Shown: piece by piece, positions 1 to 9,300 of the stretch
Layout: every line of letters begins with the position of its first letter
Numbering within the stretch: position 1 is the stretch's first letter
Source: Sinorhizobium meliloti
GTDB taxonomy: Bacteria > Pseudomonadota > Alphaproteobacteria > Rhizobiales > Rhizobiaceae
DNA length: 32,000 bases
Reading direction: 5' to 3'
Assembly: GCF_017876815.1 (NCBI RefSeq)
Contig: NZ_JAGIOS010000001.1
Coordinates: 2,100,001-2,132,000 of the forward strand
Position numbers and translations under genes: made by a program
The notes under the pieces: generated by a model
Database searches by the model: none
Told to the model about the DNA's origin: nothing
Seen by the model: the letters and a program-made list of their open reading frames with translations, nothing else

Positions 1-492
1 GCCGAGAACGGGCGCCGTTTCCAGCGCAAAGCCGTCATTCGCACCTAGGAACACGAAGAACGGCGCAAAGGCGAAAGAGAAGAACATCGCCGTATCGAGG
101 GCCGAACCGATCAGCGAGCCTGCGAGCGGCGCCTGCCACCAGGTCTGGCGCCTGAGCCGGTTGAAGACGGAGATATCCAGAAGCTGGCCGAGCAGGAAGG
201 CTGAACCGGAGGCGATCGCGATGCGTGGCGTCGCGGCGAGAACGGAGAGCACGACGGCAACCGCGAAGCCGGCAACGACGACGCGGCGCGCGATTCGCGG
301 CCCGAACTGGCGATTGGTCAAATCTGTGACGAGGAAGGCGAAGGGATAGCTGAAGGCGCCCCAGGTCAGGAGGTCGCCCAGTTGCATCCCGGCTATCGAA
401 CCCGGGAGCGGATACTGGACGAGGAAGTTCGACGCCACGACCACGAAGGTCATCAGCGCCACGTAGAGGTAGAACGTACGGTTGATCAGCAT
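1..492 (-). CDS. yhhQ: Queuosine-precursor (preQ0/preQ1) transporter, YhhQ/COG1738 family; 3' end runs off the window
   Basis: I translated the minus strand from the ATG at 492-490: MLINRTFYLYVALMTFVVVASNFLVQYPL...TWGAFSYPFAFLVTDLTNRQFG...GQLLDISVFNRLRRQTWWQAP. These blocks match the conserved E. coli YhhQ blocks as I recall them (SNYLVQLP, TWGAFSFPFIFLATDLT, GQILDVHVFNRLR). It is absent from the ORF track because the frame stays open to the window edge. Confidence 0.85.
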   Translation of the reverse strand, partial: MLINRTFYLYVALMTFVVVASNFLVQYPLPGSIAGMQLGDLLTWGAFSYPFAFLVTDLTNRQFGPRIARRVVVAGFAVAVVLSVLAATPRIAIASGSAFLLGQLLDISVFNRLRRQTWWQAPLAGSLIGSALDTAMFFSFAFAPFFVFLGANDGFALETAPVLG

Positions 493-518
493 TTTTTTAT
501 CCTGGGTTATGCCACCAG
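489..518 (-). promoter_or_regulatory. Candidate preQ1-I riboswitch aptamer in the yhhQ leader (overlaps the SD and start codon)
   Basis: The minus-strand RNA reads CUGG-UGGCAUAAC-CCAG-GAUAAAAAA-AUGC. It has a 4-bp P1, a loop that starts with U and ends with UAAC, and an A-rich tail. Loop GCAU (512-509) is complementary to AUGC (492-489). The layout matches the minimal preQ1-I aptamers I remember, and the downstream gene is a preQ0/preQ1 importer. Confidence 0.5.
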
Positions 519-560
519 TTGACGGATGCGCAGGCAGGTGCTTGCACGGCGATGGACGAC

Positions 561-596
561 ACGAGAAAAAGGCTTGCCGGGCGAACCCGCAAGCCT
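561..596 (-). terminator. Intrinsic terminator downstream of rpmB
   Basis: The minus-strand RNA is AGGCUUGC-GGG-UUCG-CCC-G-GCAAGCCU, an 8+3 bp GC-rich stem with one bulge and a UUCG loop. It is followed directly by UUUUUCUCG and starts about 30 nt after the rpmB stop. Confidence 0.65.
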
Positions 597-627
597 CTTC
601 AAGGTCTCGGCAGAAGTACCGGCGCTA

Positions 628-918
628 TCAGGCGGCTTCGGCAGCCTTCTTGACGATCTGACGGCGCAGCAGGCGGGCGCGCATGCTGAGCTCGTTTTCG
701 TCGGCCTTCAGCAGGAAGGCGTCGAGACCGCCGCGGTGTTCGACCGAGCGGAGAGCCGCAGCGGAAACGCGCAGGCGGAAGCGCTGGCCGAGAGCATCGG
801 AAATCAGCGTGACGTTGCACAGGTTCGGCAGGAACTTGCGCTTGGTCTTGTTGTTGGCATGGCTGACATTGTTGCCCGACTGGACGCCCTTGCCGGTCAA
901 TTCGCAACTACGGGACAT
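628..918 (-). CDS. rpmB: 50S ribosomal protein L28
   Basis: 96-aa ORF: [33 protein letters not shown]...[20 protein letters not shown]. This is the canonical L28 N-terminal signature and length. Confidence 0.95.
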   Translation of the reverse strand: MSRSCELTGKGVQSGNNVSHANNKTKRKFLPNLCNVTLISDALGQRFRLRVSAAALRSVEHRGGLDAFLLKADENELSMRARLLRRQIVKKAAEAA

Positions 919-1012
919 TGTACACCTATTCTCTTATCGCCGCCGGACAATGCGGTAGCGGGCCCAGAGCCCAGGCCGCGTTCCTGTTGGCCATTATTGG
1001 AAAGTCGCGGTT

Positions 1013-1041
1013 CTATAGTCACAGGTGGCCCGCCAGTCAAG
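1013..1041 (-). promoter_or_regulatory. Putative sigma70-type promoter of rpmB
   Basis: The minus strand reads CTTGAC (1041-1036), then 17 nt, then CTATAG (1018-1013). This is close to the rhizobial housekeeping consensus CTTGAC-N17-CTATAT and would give a leader of about 85-90 nt. It is a motif match only. Confidence 0.45.
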
Positions 1042-1322
1042 TCAAACCTTTGCATTCCCGAGCGAATGGGGCGATTTCGCCTGTTCTGCACTCATTAGCA
1101 CGGTCGTTCCGGCGCGCAAGACGCATTCCAAGAGAGCGGCCGATGCGCTATCTTTTCCATGAGGACCGCGCCAGATTTCCAGCGGGCGCAGAAATGCCGC
1201 AAACCGCCTGCATTCCGGGGGATTGCGACATAAATACGTCGACTTTCCTCGGCGTCGGCAAGGTGTTGTAACACTATGAACGCTGCATGGTTCCGTTTTG
1301 AGCCGTTCCGGTATCGAGGGTC

Positions 1323-2126
1323 ATGCAGGACAGAATGGGGCTTTCGGGCATGAAGTTGTGCATTGGTTTTCGCGCGCCGGCTCTCCTGGCCGCCATGATG
1401 TTTTCCACAGCCCCGCTTGCTGCGGAAGTCTCGCACCAGACGGACTACAGCATCGCGCTCGCCGGCCTGCCTTTGGCGCGCGCATCGTTCCACACCGAGG
1501 TCGAAAGGAATCGCTACACGATCTCGGGAACCCTGAACTCGGCGGGACTCGTGGATATCATCAGCCGCACCACGGGGCAGACGCGTGTCTCCGGAGTAAT
1601 CGACCGCGACCATCTCCGGGCAAGCGAATATTCCATGTCCTACCGCAGCGGCCGGAAGGGCCGGGCCATCAATGTAAGCTTCCGAAACGGCAATGTCGTC
1701 CGGGCGAGCATGGTTCCGAAGCGTGATCCCTTGCCGAAGAACTGGGTGCCGGTCACGAGCCGGGACATGCGCAATGTGCTGGACCCGCTTTCCGGTCTGC
1801 TCATTCCGGCAAGGGCCCGAGTCTGCCCAAACACGCTGCCGATCTTCGACGGGGAATCGCGGCTCGACATAAGACTGTCTCCGAAGGGAACGCGAAACTT
1901 CAAAACCAGGGGATTCGAAGGGGAGGTGATCGTCTGCGGCATCCGCTTCGTACCGAAGGCGGGATACCGGAAGGGCCGCGAGGACGTCGAATATCTGCGC
2001 CGCCTGGGAACGATGGAGATCTGGTACGCGAAGGCGAACGGCGTGGACGTCTATGCTCCGGTCTATGCCCGCATACCGACGAAGATCGGAGCGGTCACGG
2101 TTTCGGCGACGCGCTTCGGCGATTGA
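1323..2126 (+). CDS. Secreted/periplasmic conserved protein, DUF3108-like (function unknown)
   Basis: 267-aa ORF with strong third-position GC bias and a signal-peptide-like N-terminus (MKLCIGFRAPALLAAMMFSTAPLAAEV). The start could be 1323, 1335 or 1350. The DUF3108 assignment comes from remembered family features such as YTISGTLNSAGLVDIISRTTG. Confidence 0.75.
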   Translation: MQDRMGLSGMKLCIGFRAPALLAAMMFSTAPLAAEVSHQTDYSIALAGLPLARASFHTEVERNRYTISGTLNSAGLVDIISRTTGQTRVSGVIDRDHLRASEYSMSYRSGRKGRAINVSFRNGNVVRASMVPKRDPLPKNWVPVTSRDMRNVLDPLSGLLIPARARVCPNTLPIFDGESRLDIRLSPKGTRNFKTRGFEGEVIVCGIRFVPKAGYRKGREDVEYLRRLGTMEIWYAKANGVDVYAPVYARIPTKIGAVTVSATRFGD

Positions 2127-2150
2127 AGCCCGCCGGCGGGCTCTTTCCTT
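2127..2150 (+). terminator. Possible intrinsic terminator after the DUF3108 gene
   Basis: A perfect 16-nt palindrome AGCCCGCCGGCGGGCT lies immediately after the stop codon, followed by CTTTCCTT. The T tract is short and interrupted. Confidence 0.45.
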
Positions 2151-2262
2151 ACGCGCCCCCGAGGATCGCACCCCTCTTTCCGGAATCACGTAAGCGCGGT
2201 AGATCAGTGGGATTCGGGTGGGGTGACGGCCGCGCCGGAGTCTGGGCCGCGCGGAGGCGGGA

Positions 2263-3150
2263 ATGAAGTTCAAGGCAACGCTGATCGGTTTCACCGCGAT
2301 CCTCATGTGGTCGCTGCTGGCGCTCTTTACTGCCGCATCCGGCAAGATGCCGCCGTTTCAACTTTCGGCCGTCTGCTTTCTGATAGGCAGTCTGCCCGGC
2401 ATCGCCGTCCTGGCGTCGAAGCCTGAGCGCCTCGCACTTCTGAAGCAGCCGGCAAAGGTGTGGGTCATCGGCATTGCCGGTCTTTTCGGCTACCACTTTC
2501 TTTATTTCACGGCGCTTCGCAATGCGCCGGCCGTGGAGGCGGGGCTCATCGCCTATCTCTGGCCGCTCTTCATCGTTGTCGGCTCGGCGCTGCTGCCGGG
2601 CGAGAGGCTCCGCTGGCACCATGTCGCAGGCGCCCTTGCAGGGCTCGTCGGAACGATCCTGATCGTTGCGCGCAACGGCATCGCCTTCGACGACGCCTAT
2701 GCACTCGGCTACGGCGCGGCATTCCTCTGCGCCTTTACCTGGTCCGGCTATTCGCTGATCACGCGCCGCTTCGACGCGGTATCCACGGATGTCGTGACCG
2801 GTTTCTGCCTTGCGACATCGGCTCTGTCATTCCTCTGCCATCTCGGACTCGAAACGACGGTCTGGCCTGAAACCACCTTCGAGTGGCTCGCCGTGGCGGG
2901 GCTCGGCCTGCTGCCGGTCGGTGCGGCCTTCTATGCCTGGGACTACGGCGTGAAGAACGGCGACATCCAGTTCCTGGGCGTTGCGAGCTATGCGGCGCCG
3001 GTGCTTTCGACCCTGATCCTCATTCTGTTCGGCTTTGCCGAGCCGTCCTGGCGGATCGTGGCCGCCTGCCTGCTGGTGACGGGCGGCGCCGTGCTTGCGG
3101 CAAAGGACATGATCTTCCGCAAGGGCAGGGCCGCGCAACCGGCGGAGTAG
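2263..3150 (+). CDS. DMT-superfamily transporter (EamA family), about 10 TM segments
   Basis: 295-aa, very hydrophobic ORF with the two-repeat EamA-like architecture. A GGAGGCGGGA Shine-Dalgarno sequence lies just upstream of the ATG. Confidence 0.88.
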   Translation: MKFKATLIGFTAILMWSLLALFTAASGKMPPFQLSAVCFLIGSLPGIAVLASKPERLALLKQPAKVWVIGIAGLFGYHFLYFTALRNAPAVEAGLIAYLWPLFIVVGSALLPGERLRWHHVAGALAGLVGTILIVARNGIAFDDAYALGYGAAFLCAFTWSGYSLITRRFDAVSTDVVTGFCLATSALSFLCHLGLETTVWPETTFEWLAVAGLGLLPVGAAFYAWDYGVKNGDIQFLGVASYAAPVLSTLILILFGFAEPSWRIVAACLLVTGGAVLAAKDMIFRKGRAAQPAE

Positions 3151-3153
3151 AAC

Positions 3154-3594
3154 TCACTCCTCAGCCGGCCGCCAATCGGGGTGCGCCATTTCGAAGGAGG
3201 CGAAGTCGAAGCCGGGTGCGACGGTGCAACCGACGAGCGTCCACTCACCAAGCGAAGTGGCGGATTGCCACCAGCCGGCGGGAACGACCTGTTGCGGCCT
3301 TTCTCCGCCGAGCAGGTCGGGACCGAGCCGGGTCTGCGAAGCGGCCCTGCCGGGCTCGGCAATGCTGAGCTCGAGCGGGGCGCCGGCGTAGTAGTGCCAG
3401 ACCTCGGCGGCATCGTGGACCCGGTGCCAATGCGACCGGTCGCCGCGTTCGAGAAGGTAGTAGATGGCCGTCGAGTGGCCACGCGCGCCACCATTGGCAT
3501 CGCGGAACGTCTCCCCGTACCAACCGCCTTCCGGATGCCGGGCAAGACCCAGCGTTTCAATGATAGCTGCCGCCGTCATTTCCCGAGTCGCCAT
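3154..3594 (-). CDS. Cupin-fold protein, DUF985 family
   Basis: I take the start at MATREMTAAAIIETLGLARHPEGGWYGETFRD. The HPEGGW/ETFR block is typical of DUF985 cupins. The longer track ORF (to 3783) would overlap gloB. The chosen ATG lies 1 nt after the gloB stop, which suggests co-transcription. Confidence 0.8.
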   Translation of the reverse strand: MATREMTAAAIIETLGLARHPEGGWYGETFRDANGGARGHSTAIYYLLERGDRSHWHRVHDAAEVWHYYAGAPLELSIAEPGRAASQTRLGPDLLGGERPQQVVPAGWWQSATSLGEWTLVGCTVAPGFDFASFEMAHPDWRPAEE

Positions 3595-3595
3595 T

Positions 3596-4366
3596 TCAGA
3601 AATTGTCCTTGCGCTTGCGTATTTCCGCGAAGACAGCGGCATCGCTCGCCTTTTCCATACCGAGCAGCGCGCGGATCTTCGGATCGCCGGCGCGCAGGAA
3701 CGGGTTCGTCCGCTTTTCGAGGCCCATCGTCGTCGGCGCGGTGAAGCCGCCGTCCGAGCGGGTCTCCTCGATCTCTGCCGCACGCTCCTTCAGCGCCGAA
3801 TTTTCCGGATCGACCGTGATGGCGAAATGGGCGTTGGCAAGGGTGTATTCATGGCCGAAATAGATGGCCGTGTCGTCGGGAAGCGCCATCAGCCGGCTCA
3901 GCGACTGCCACATCGTATCGGCCGTTCCCTCGAAGAGACGGCCGCATCCGAGCGCGAAAAGCGTGTCGGCGGCGAAAAGCAGCTTGTCCTCGGGCAAATG
4001 GTAGCAGACGTGGCCGGACGTGTGGCCCGGCGTTTCGATGACATCGACCGGATGGCCGGCGAAGTCGAAGCGGTCACCATGTCCGACGGTCCTGTCTATG
4101 CCGGGGATCTTCGACGCCTCGTTCTTCGGGCCGATGATGGTGAGGCCGAAGCGTTCCTTCAGACTGGCATTCGCAGCCACATGATCACCGTGGTGATGCG
4201 TGGTGAGGATATGCGTCAATTGCCATCCGCGCCGTTCGAGCGCGTCGAGGATCGGCCGCTCCTCCGGTGCGTCGATCGATGCCGTAGCGCCGCTAAGCCG
4301 GTCGTGGAGGAGCACACCGTAATTGTCGGTGCGGCAGAGGAAGAGGTCGAGTTCGAGCGCGGCCAT
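3596..4366 (-). CDS. gloB: Hydroxyacylglutathione hydrolase (glyoxalase II)
   Basis: 256 aa with the metallo-beta-lactamase motif THHHGDH. The C-terminal NPFLR block and the overall length are typical of GloB. Confidence 0.93.
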   Translation of the reverse strand: MAALELDLFLCRTDNYGVLLHDRLSGATASIDAPEERPILDALERRGWQLTHILTTHHHGDHVAANASLKERFGLTIIGPKNEASKIPGIDRTVGHGDRFDFAGHPVDVIETPGHTSGHVCYHLPEDKLLFAADTLFALGCGRLFEGTADTMWQSLSRLMALPDDTAIYFGHEYTLANAHFAITVDPENSALKERAAEIEETRSDGGFTAPTTMGLEKRTNPFLRAGDPKIRALLGMEKASDAAVFAEIRKRKDNF

Positions 4367-4467
4367 GTTTCGGTCCTCCGATCGGTGCGGGGTTATCGGA
4401 AAGCGGCGATCCCGCTCGGTTCGAATGTAGCGAGGCTCGCCTTGAAGTCTACCGCTTGGAGTCTAAC

Positions 4468-5232
4468 ATGTTGCCCATGCACACCGATATCGTCGATCTC
4501 CGCCAATTCTATCACTCCGAGCTCGGCCGCATGGCGGAACAGTCGGTCAGCTCAGCGCTTGCTTCCATCTGGGCACGCCTGCCCGAGGAAAGGCTCCTGG
4601 GGCTCGGCTACGCGGTGCCCTATCTCGAGCGCTTCCGTGCCGATACGGAGCGGACCTTCGCCTTCATGCCGGCAGGGCAGGGTGCGGTGAACTGGCCGGT
4701 CGCCGACCTGTCCTCGACGGCACTGGTCTTCGATGAGGAATTGCCGCTGCCGGATGCCTCTATCGATCGCGTATTGATGGTTCATTCCCTGGAATTCGCC
4801 GAAAGCCCCCGCGAAACGATGAAAGAGATCTGGCGCGTGCTGGCGCCCGGCGGACGCCTGATCATCGTGGTACCGAACCGCCGCGGCGTCTGGGCGCAGA
4901 TGGAGCACACGCCTTTCGGCTCGGGGCGGCCCTATTCCCGCGGGCAGCTGACGGCGCTCTTGCGCGAGACCAACTTCACGCCCGGCGCCACGACGGAGGC
5001 GCTCTTCTTTCCGCCCTCGAAGCGCAAGCTTGCCCTTCGGCTGCGCCACGGTCTGGAACGGTTCGGCCGGTCGCTGTGGCCGGTCTTTTCCGGGGTGATC
5101 ATCGTCGAGGCGCAGAAGCGGCTTTATCAGGGCCTGCCGGTGGCCGCACGCGCCTCGCGCCGCGTCTTCGTCCCGGTGCTGGCTCCGCGGGGCGTGCCCA
5201 GCACGCGCAGTCGAGCAACGAAAGCGCCGTAG
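4468..5232 (+). CDS. Class I SAM-dependent methyltransferase (type 11 domain)
   Basis: The ORF contains [39 protein letters not shown], the typical post-motif I/II region of type-11 methyltransferases. The start is ambiguous: TTG 4456, ATG 4468 or ATG 4477. Confidence 0.85.
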   Translation: MLPMHTDIVDLRQFYHSELGRMAEQSVSSALASIWARLPEERLLGLGYAVPYLERFRADTERTFAFMPAGQGAVNWPVADLSSTALVFDEELPLPDASIDRVLMVHSLEFAESPRETMKEIWRVLAPGGRLIIVVPNRRGVWAQMEHTPFGSGRPYSRGQLTALLRETNFTPGATTEALFFPPSKRKLALRLRHGLERFGRSLWPVFSGVIIVEAQKRLYQGLPVAARASRRVFVPVLAPRGVPSTRSRATKAP

Positions 5233-5356
5233 GCCGCAGTCTGCTGCCCGTCACCCCGTTGCTTGCTCCCGCACCGGCCGCCGTCACGTCGCACTCGACA
5301 AATATCACCGTCCCCGGTATTGGCTGGACCGCATTCTTCCCGTGAAAGCTGGTCCG

Positions 5357-6463
5357 ATGAATCTTGCCCTGAAAAGCCCTGCGCCGCGTTCCGGCATCCT
5401 GGACATCGCCGCCTATGTGCCGGGCAAGGAACATGCGCCCGGCGTTGCCAAGGTTCACAAGCTGTCGTCGAACGAAACGCCGCTCGGCGCGAGCCCGCGC
5501 GCGATCGAGGCTTTCCAGAAGGCGGCTTTCAATCTCGAACGCTACCCGGACGGTCAGGCGAATGCGCTCAAGGAAGCGATCGCGGCGGTTCACGGGCTGA
5601 ACCCCGCCAACATCCTTTGCGGCAACGGGTCGGACGAACTGCTCGGTCTTCTCTGCCATACCTATCTCGGCCCCGGCGACGAGGGGATCGTCACCGAACA
5701 CGGATTTCTCGTCTACAAAATCCAGATCACCGCGTCCGGCGGGACACCCGTCACGGTCAAGGAGAGGCAAGAGCGCGTCGATGTCGATGCGATACTTGCG
5801 GCCGTGACCGAGCGGACGAAGATCGTCTTCATCGCCAATCCGGCAAATCCGACCGGTACCTATATCCCCGTCGAGGAGGTCCGGCGTCTGCATGCGGGCC
5901 TGCCCGCCGGCGTCCTGCTGGTGCTCGATGCGGCCTATGCGGAATATGTCCGGCGCAACGACTACGAGGCGGGACTGGAACTCGTTTCGTCCAACCGCAA
6001 TGTGGTGATGACCCGAACCTTTTCGAAGATCTACGGCCTTGCGGGTCTGCGCATCGGCTGGATGTACGCGCCGCGCGACGTGGTGGAGGCATTGGACCGC
6101 GTCCGCGGTCCCTTCAATCTCAACGCGGCGGCAATCGCAGCCGGTGCCGCGGCGATCCGCGACCAGGCCTTCGTTGCCGCGGCGGTCGACCAAAATCACA
6201 CCTGGCTGGCGAAGATCGGTCAGGCGTTGACGGATATCGGCCTGCGCGTCACCCCATCGGTCACCAATTTCGTGCTGATCCACTTCCCCGAGGAAGCGGG
6301 CATGTCGGCCAGCGACGCGGATGCCTACCTGACGAGCCGGGGCTTCATCCTGCGCGCCGTCGGCGCCTACGGTTTCCCCAATGCGCTGAGAATGACGATC
6401 GGCTCCGAAGAAGCGAACAAGGGCGTCGTCGCGGCACTGACTGAATTCATGGGACGGAAATGA
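5357..6463 (+). CDS. hisC: Histidinol-phosphate aminotransferase
   Basis: The sequence carries [18 protein letters not shown] and the [15 protein letters not shown] pyridoxal-lysine block. The track ORF begins at GTG 5342; I prefer ATG 5357. Its stop overlaps the tyrC start (ATGATGG). Confidence 0.92.
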   Translation: MNLALKSPAPRSGILDIAAYVPGKEHAPGVAKVHKLSSNETPLGASPRAIEAFQKAAFNLERYPDGQANALKEAIAAVHGLNPANILCGNGSDELLGLLCHTYLGPGDEGIVTEHGFLVYKIQITASGGTPVTVKERQERVDVDAILAAVTERTKIVFIANPANPTGTYIPVEEVRRLHAGLPAGVLLVLDAAYAEYVRRNDYEAGLELVSSNRNVVMTRTFSKIYGLAGLRIGWMYAPRDVVEALDRVRGPFNLNAAAIAAGAAAIRDQAFVAAAVDQNHTWLAKIGQALTDIGLRVTPSVTNFVLIHFPEEAGMSASDADAYLTSRGFILRAVGAYGFPNALRMTIGSEEANKGVVAALTEFMGRK

Positions 6464-7386
6464 TGGCTCAGCAGTTCCAAACCATCGCCCTTATCGGCAT
6501 CGGCCTGATCGGGTCGTCCATCGCCCGGGATATTCGCGAGAAGCAGCTCGCCGGTACGATCGTGGTTACGACGCGCAGCGAAGCGACGCTGAAGCGCGCC
6601 GGCGAGTTGGGCCTCGGCGACCGCTACACGCTTTCGGCGGCCGAGGCTGTAGAGGGCGCGGATCTCGTCGTCGTTTCGGTGCCAGTCGGTGCATCCGGCG
6701 CTGTCGCCGCTGAAATCGCAGCCCATCTGAAACCGGGTGCGATCGTCACCGATGTCGGTTCGACCAAAGGGTCGGTCATCGCCCAGATGGCGCCGCACCT
6801 GCCCAAGGACGTCCATTTCGTGCCCGGTCACCCGATCGCGGGTACCGAGCATTCCGGCCCGGATGCCGGCTTTGCGGGCCTCTTCCGCGGGCGCTGGTGC
6901 ATTCTGACGCCGCCGGCCGGCACGGACGAAGAGGCGGTCGCCAGGCTCAGGCTGTTCTGGGAAACGCTTGGCTCGATGGTCGACGAGATGGATCCGAAGC
7001 ATCATGACAAGGTGCTGGCGATCGTCTCGCATCTGCCGCATATCATCGCCTACAACATTGTCGGCACCGCCGACGACCTGGAGACGGTGACCGAGTCCGA
7101 AGTGATCAAATACTCGGCCTCGGGCTTCCGTGACTTCACCCGCCTTGCCGCTTCGGACCCGACCATGTGGCGCGACGTCTGCCTGCACAACAAGGACGCG
7201 ATCCTGGAAATGCTCGCCCGCTTCTCCGAGGATCTCGCCTCACTGCAGCGCGCGATCCGTTGGGGCGACGGCGACAAGCTCTTCGATCTCTTCACCCGCA
7301 CGCGGGCGATACGCCGCTCGATCGTTCAGGCCGGTCAGGACACCGCGATGCCCGATTTCGGCCGGCACGCGATGGACCAGAAGTAG
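6460..7386 (+). CDS. tyrC: Prephenate/arogenate (cyclohexadienyl) dehydrogenase
   Basis: 308 aa with an N-terminal Rossmann motif [12 protein letters not shown], the GHPIAGTE catalytic block and the [13 protein letters not shown] block. It overlaps the hisC stop by 4 nt. Confidence 0.92.
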   Translation: MMAQQFQTIALIGIGLIGSSIARDIREKQLAGTIVVTTRSEATLKRAGELGLGDRYTLSAAEAVEGADLVVVSVPVGASGAVAAEIAAHLKPGAIVTDVGSTKGSVIAQMAPHLPKDVHFVPGHPIAGTEHSGPDAGFAGLFRGRWCILTPPAGTDEEAVARLRLFWETLGSMVDEMDPKHHDKVLAIVSHLPHIIAYNIVGTADDLETVTESEVIKYSASGFRDFTRLAASDPTMWRDVCLHNKDAILEMLARFSEDLASLQRAIRWGDGDKLFDLFTRTRAIRRSIVQAGQDTAMPDFGRHAMDQK

Positions 7387-7417
7387 GCTGCCGGAAGCAG
7401 GCTGCGAAGACCGGCGC

Positions 7418-8431
7418 TCACAGCGCCGGTAGCATGCCGATCGGAACGAAGGCGAGGAAGGCGGTCCCGTCGCGGACGTTCAGTTTGACTGTCGCTTCGT
7501 TCTTGCCGCCCGCAAGCGCCTTCAACATGTTGGCGACGTTGTCGATCAGGTCGGTTTCGTCCGGAGCAATCTTCACAAAGTTTTCCCGCCAGGCATCGAT
7601 GTTCGCAAGCGTGAGAGAGAATTCCCCCGAAATCAGCCCCTGATCATTCACCGAAAAGGGGCCGGTGAGTTTTGCGCTCATTCCGGAGCCCGCATCGAGC
7701 GTCAATTGCCGCAACTCGCCTCTGGTGCCGCGGAGCATATGGGGCGGCAAAGTGCCCGCCTGAAGCCACTCTGCCTTGTCCGCAACGGTCAGGTCCATTG
7801 CGACATCGGCCGGTGCGGCAAGACTGGGTCCCTGGTCAGGGCGCAGGTCGAGCTTTTCGATGCTGAGTGCCGCGTCTAGGTTACCGCCGTTCTGGCGCAG
7901 ATGGAGCTCGCCATGGCTGGCGCCGAAGCCGAGGCCCTTGCCCGTCAGGGGGGAGCGCGCGGTGCCGGTCAGATTGTCATAGGCCAGCGAGGTGCGGTCG
8001 ATGCCGGAGAGGGTCGCCGCGACACTTGCGCGGAGCAGCGTCCAGTCGGCGGAAATCGTGACGCCGGGGGAAACGCGGATTTCGGCGGGGCCGTCGAGCT
8101 CGAGGACCGCACGCCCGGGCTGATAGACCTGCGCCGCCGTTCGCAGCGCGCCGAAGGACGCGGAGGCGCCGCGGCGCGTATCGTCGAGGCGCACCTTGTC
8201 GCAGAACAAACCGAGGCGGAAGGGAAAGCCGCGCACCTCCATCTCGGCGCATTCGCCGCTGAAGCCGATCGCCTGGCCCTTCGTCAGATAGGCAGTCAGC
8301 CGCTTCTGGATCTGGTCCGCGGCAAGAAACCAGCTGGCGGAATAGAGGCCGCCCACGAACACGATACCTGCTGCCAGCCACAAGAATTTCCTGCCGGTAG
8401 GCGATGGCTTGGCGACGGCGGTCACAGTCAT
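7418..8431 (-). CDS. Membrane-anchored conserved alphaproteobacterial protein, DUF2125-like (function unknown)
   Basis: The ORF shows strong coding bias. I prefer the start at MTVTAVAKPSPTGRKFLWLAAGIVFVGGLYSASWFLAA, which gives a single N-terminal TM helix. The track ORF extends to 8491. The family name is from memory. Confidence 0.75.
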   Translation of the reverse strand: MTVTAVAKPSPTGRKFLWLAAGIVFVGGLYSASWFLAADQIQKRLTAYLTKGQAIGFSGECAEMEVRGFPFRLGLFCDKVRLDDTRRGASASFGALRTAAQVYQPGRAVLELDGPAEIRVSPGVTISADWTLLRASVAATLSGIDRTSLAYDNLTGTARSPLTGKGLGFGASHGELHLRQNGGNLDAALSIEKLDLRPDQGPSLAAPADVAMDLTVADKAEWLQAGTLPPHMLRGTRGELRQLTLDAGSGMSAKLTGPFSVNDQGLISGEFSLTLANIDAWRENFVKIAPDETDLIDNVANMLKALAGGKNEATVKLNVRDGTAFLAFVPIGMLPAL

Positions 8432-8736
8432 GTTGTCGGGTACTCCACACTGGATCACGATGATTTCAGGTCGGGTCGACCTAAAACTCATCTCGCTCTT
8501 GCCGCCGGGAGCGGCCTTTCGGGTGGCCGATTCCCCTGCGGCGAACTAACCTTCATCCGCAATCGCGACACGGCCTATCGGCGCGACCAGTTCGATTGCA
8601 AGAGAATTGCTGCACAATTTTGTCCTTCGACCGATACGGTCCCGGGAATTATGCAGTAAAAAATTCCGGTAGGCCGCAGGAGCGTCGAATATCGATTCGG
8701 TGGACTGATTCGGCGGCTTCCCGGCGGCACGTTTGA

Positions 8737-9291
8737 ATGGCAGTGGATATGGACGAATTTTGGGTCTTTGGCTACGGCTCGTTGATGTGGAATCCGGGCT
8801 TTCGCTTCGAGGAGAAGCTGACGGCGCGCGCTTTCGGCTACCGCCGCTCCCTCTGCGTGCGTTCCTGGGTTCACCGCGGGACTGAACGGCACCCCGGCCT
8901 GGTACTCGGGCTCGACTATGGCGGCTCCTGCATCGGGACGGCATTCCGCGTGGCGCCTGCGCAAAAGGCGGAGGTGATCGACTATCTGCGCGAACGCGAG
9001 CTGGTCACCCACGTCTACAAGGAACGAACCATGCCGGTACAACTTTCCAGCGGACAGCGCGTGTCCGCGCTGACCTATGTGATCGATCGCTCACATGTCC
9101 AGTATGCCGGTGCGCTGAGCGCGGAGGAGGCGGCCGCGACGGTCGCCGTCGCCACCGGCAAGTCCGGGCCGAACAGCGAATACGTTCTCAATACGCTCGA
9201 ACATCTTCGCGAAATGGGTATCCGCGACCATTGGCTGGAGGAGGTTGCCGCGAAGCTGGCGGCCGGCGGAGCTGAGTCGCTCCGGGCCTGA
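8737..9291 (+). CDS. chaC: Gamma-glutamylcyclotransferase, ChaC family (glutathione-specific)
   Basis: 184 aa with the ChaC N-terminal signature WVFGYGSLMWNPGF and the LVLGLD...G.AFRV block. An alternative start lies at 8749. Confidence 0.87.
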   Translation: MAVDMDEFWVFGYGSLMWNPGFRFEEKLTARAFGYRRSLCVRSWVHRGTERHPGLVLGLDYGGSCIGTAFRVAPAQKAEVIDYLRERELVTHVYKERTMPVQLSSGQRVSALTYVIDRSHVQYAGALSAEEAAATVAVATGKSGPNSEYVLNTLEHLREMGIRDHWLEEVAAKLAAGGAESLRA

Positions 9292-9300
9292 AGGGGGAGG

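Noticed and set aside
1143-1271. 42-codon plus-strand ORF (MRYLFHEDRARFPAG...) in the rpmB/DUF3108 intergenic region.
   Set aside because: It has modest GC3, no SD and no recognisable features. It is most likely non-coding promoter DNA.
1095-2345. 416-aa minus-strand ORF spanning the DUF3108 gene and the start of the EamA gene.
   Set aside because: It is a shadow ORF antisense to two well-supported genes. The product is R/A/P/G/S-rich with no recognisable motifs, as is typical of off-frame reading in high-GC DNA.
3464-4690. 408-aa plus-strand ORF.
   Set aside because: It is antisense to the cupin gene and gloB, and out of frame over the 5' part of the methyltransferase gene. The composition is arginine-rich and junk-like, while gloB on the other strand has unmistakable motifs.
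5099-6283. 394-aa minus-strand ORF, plus the 393-aa plus-strand ORF at 5263-6444.
   Set aside because: Both overlap hisC, either antisense or out of frame. They are R/G/D-rich with no motifs, and the hisC frame carries the PLP-lysine block.
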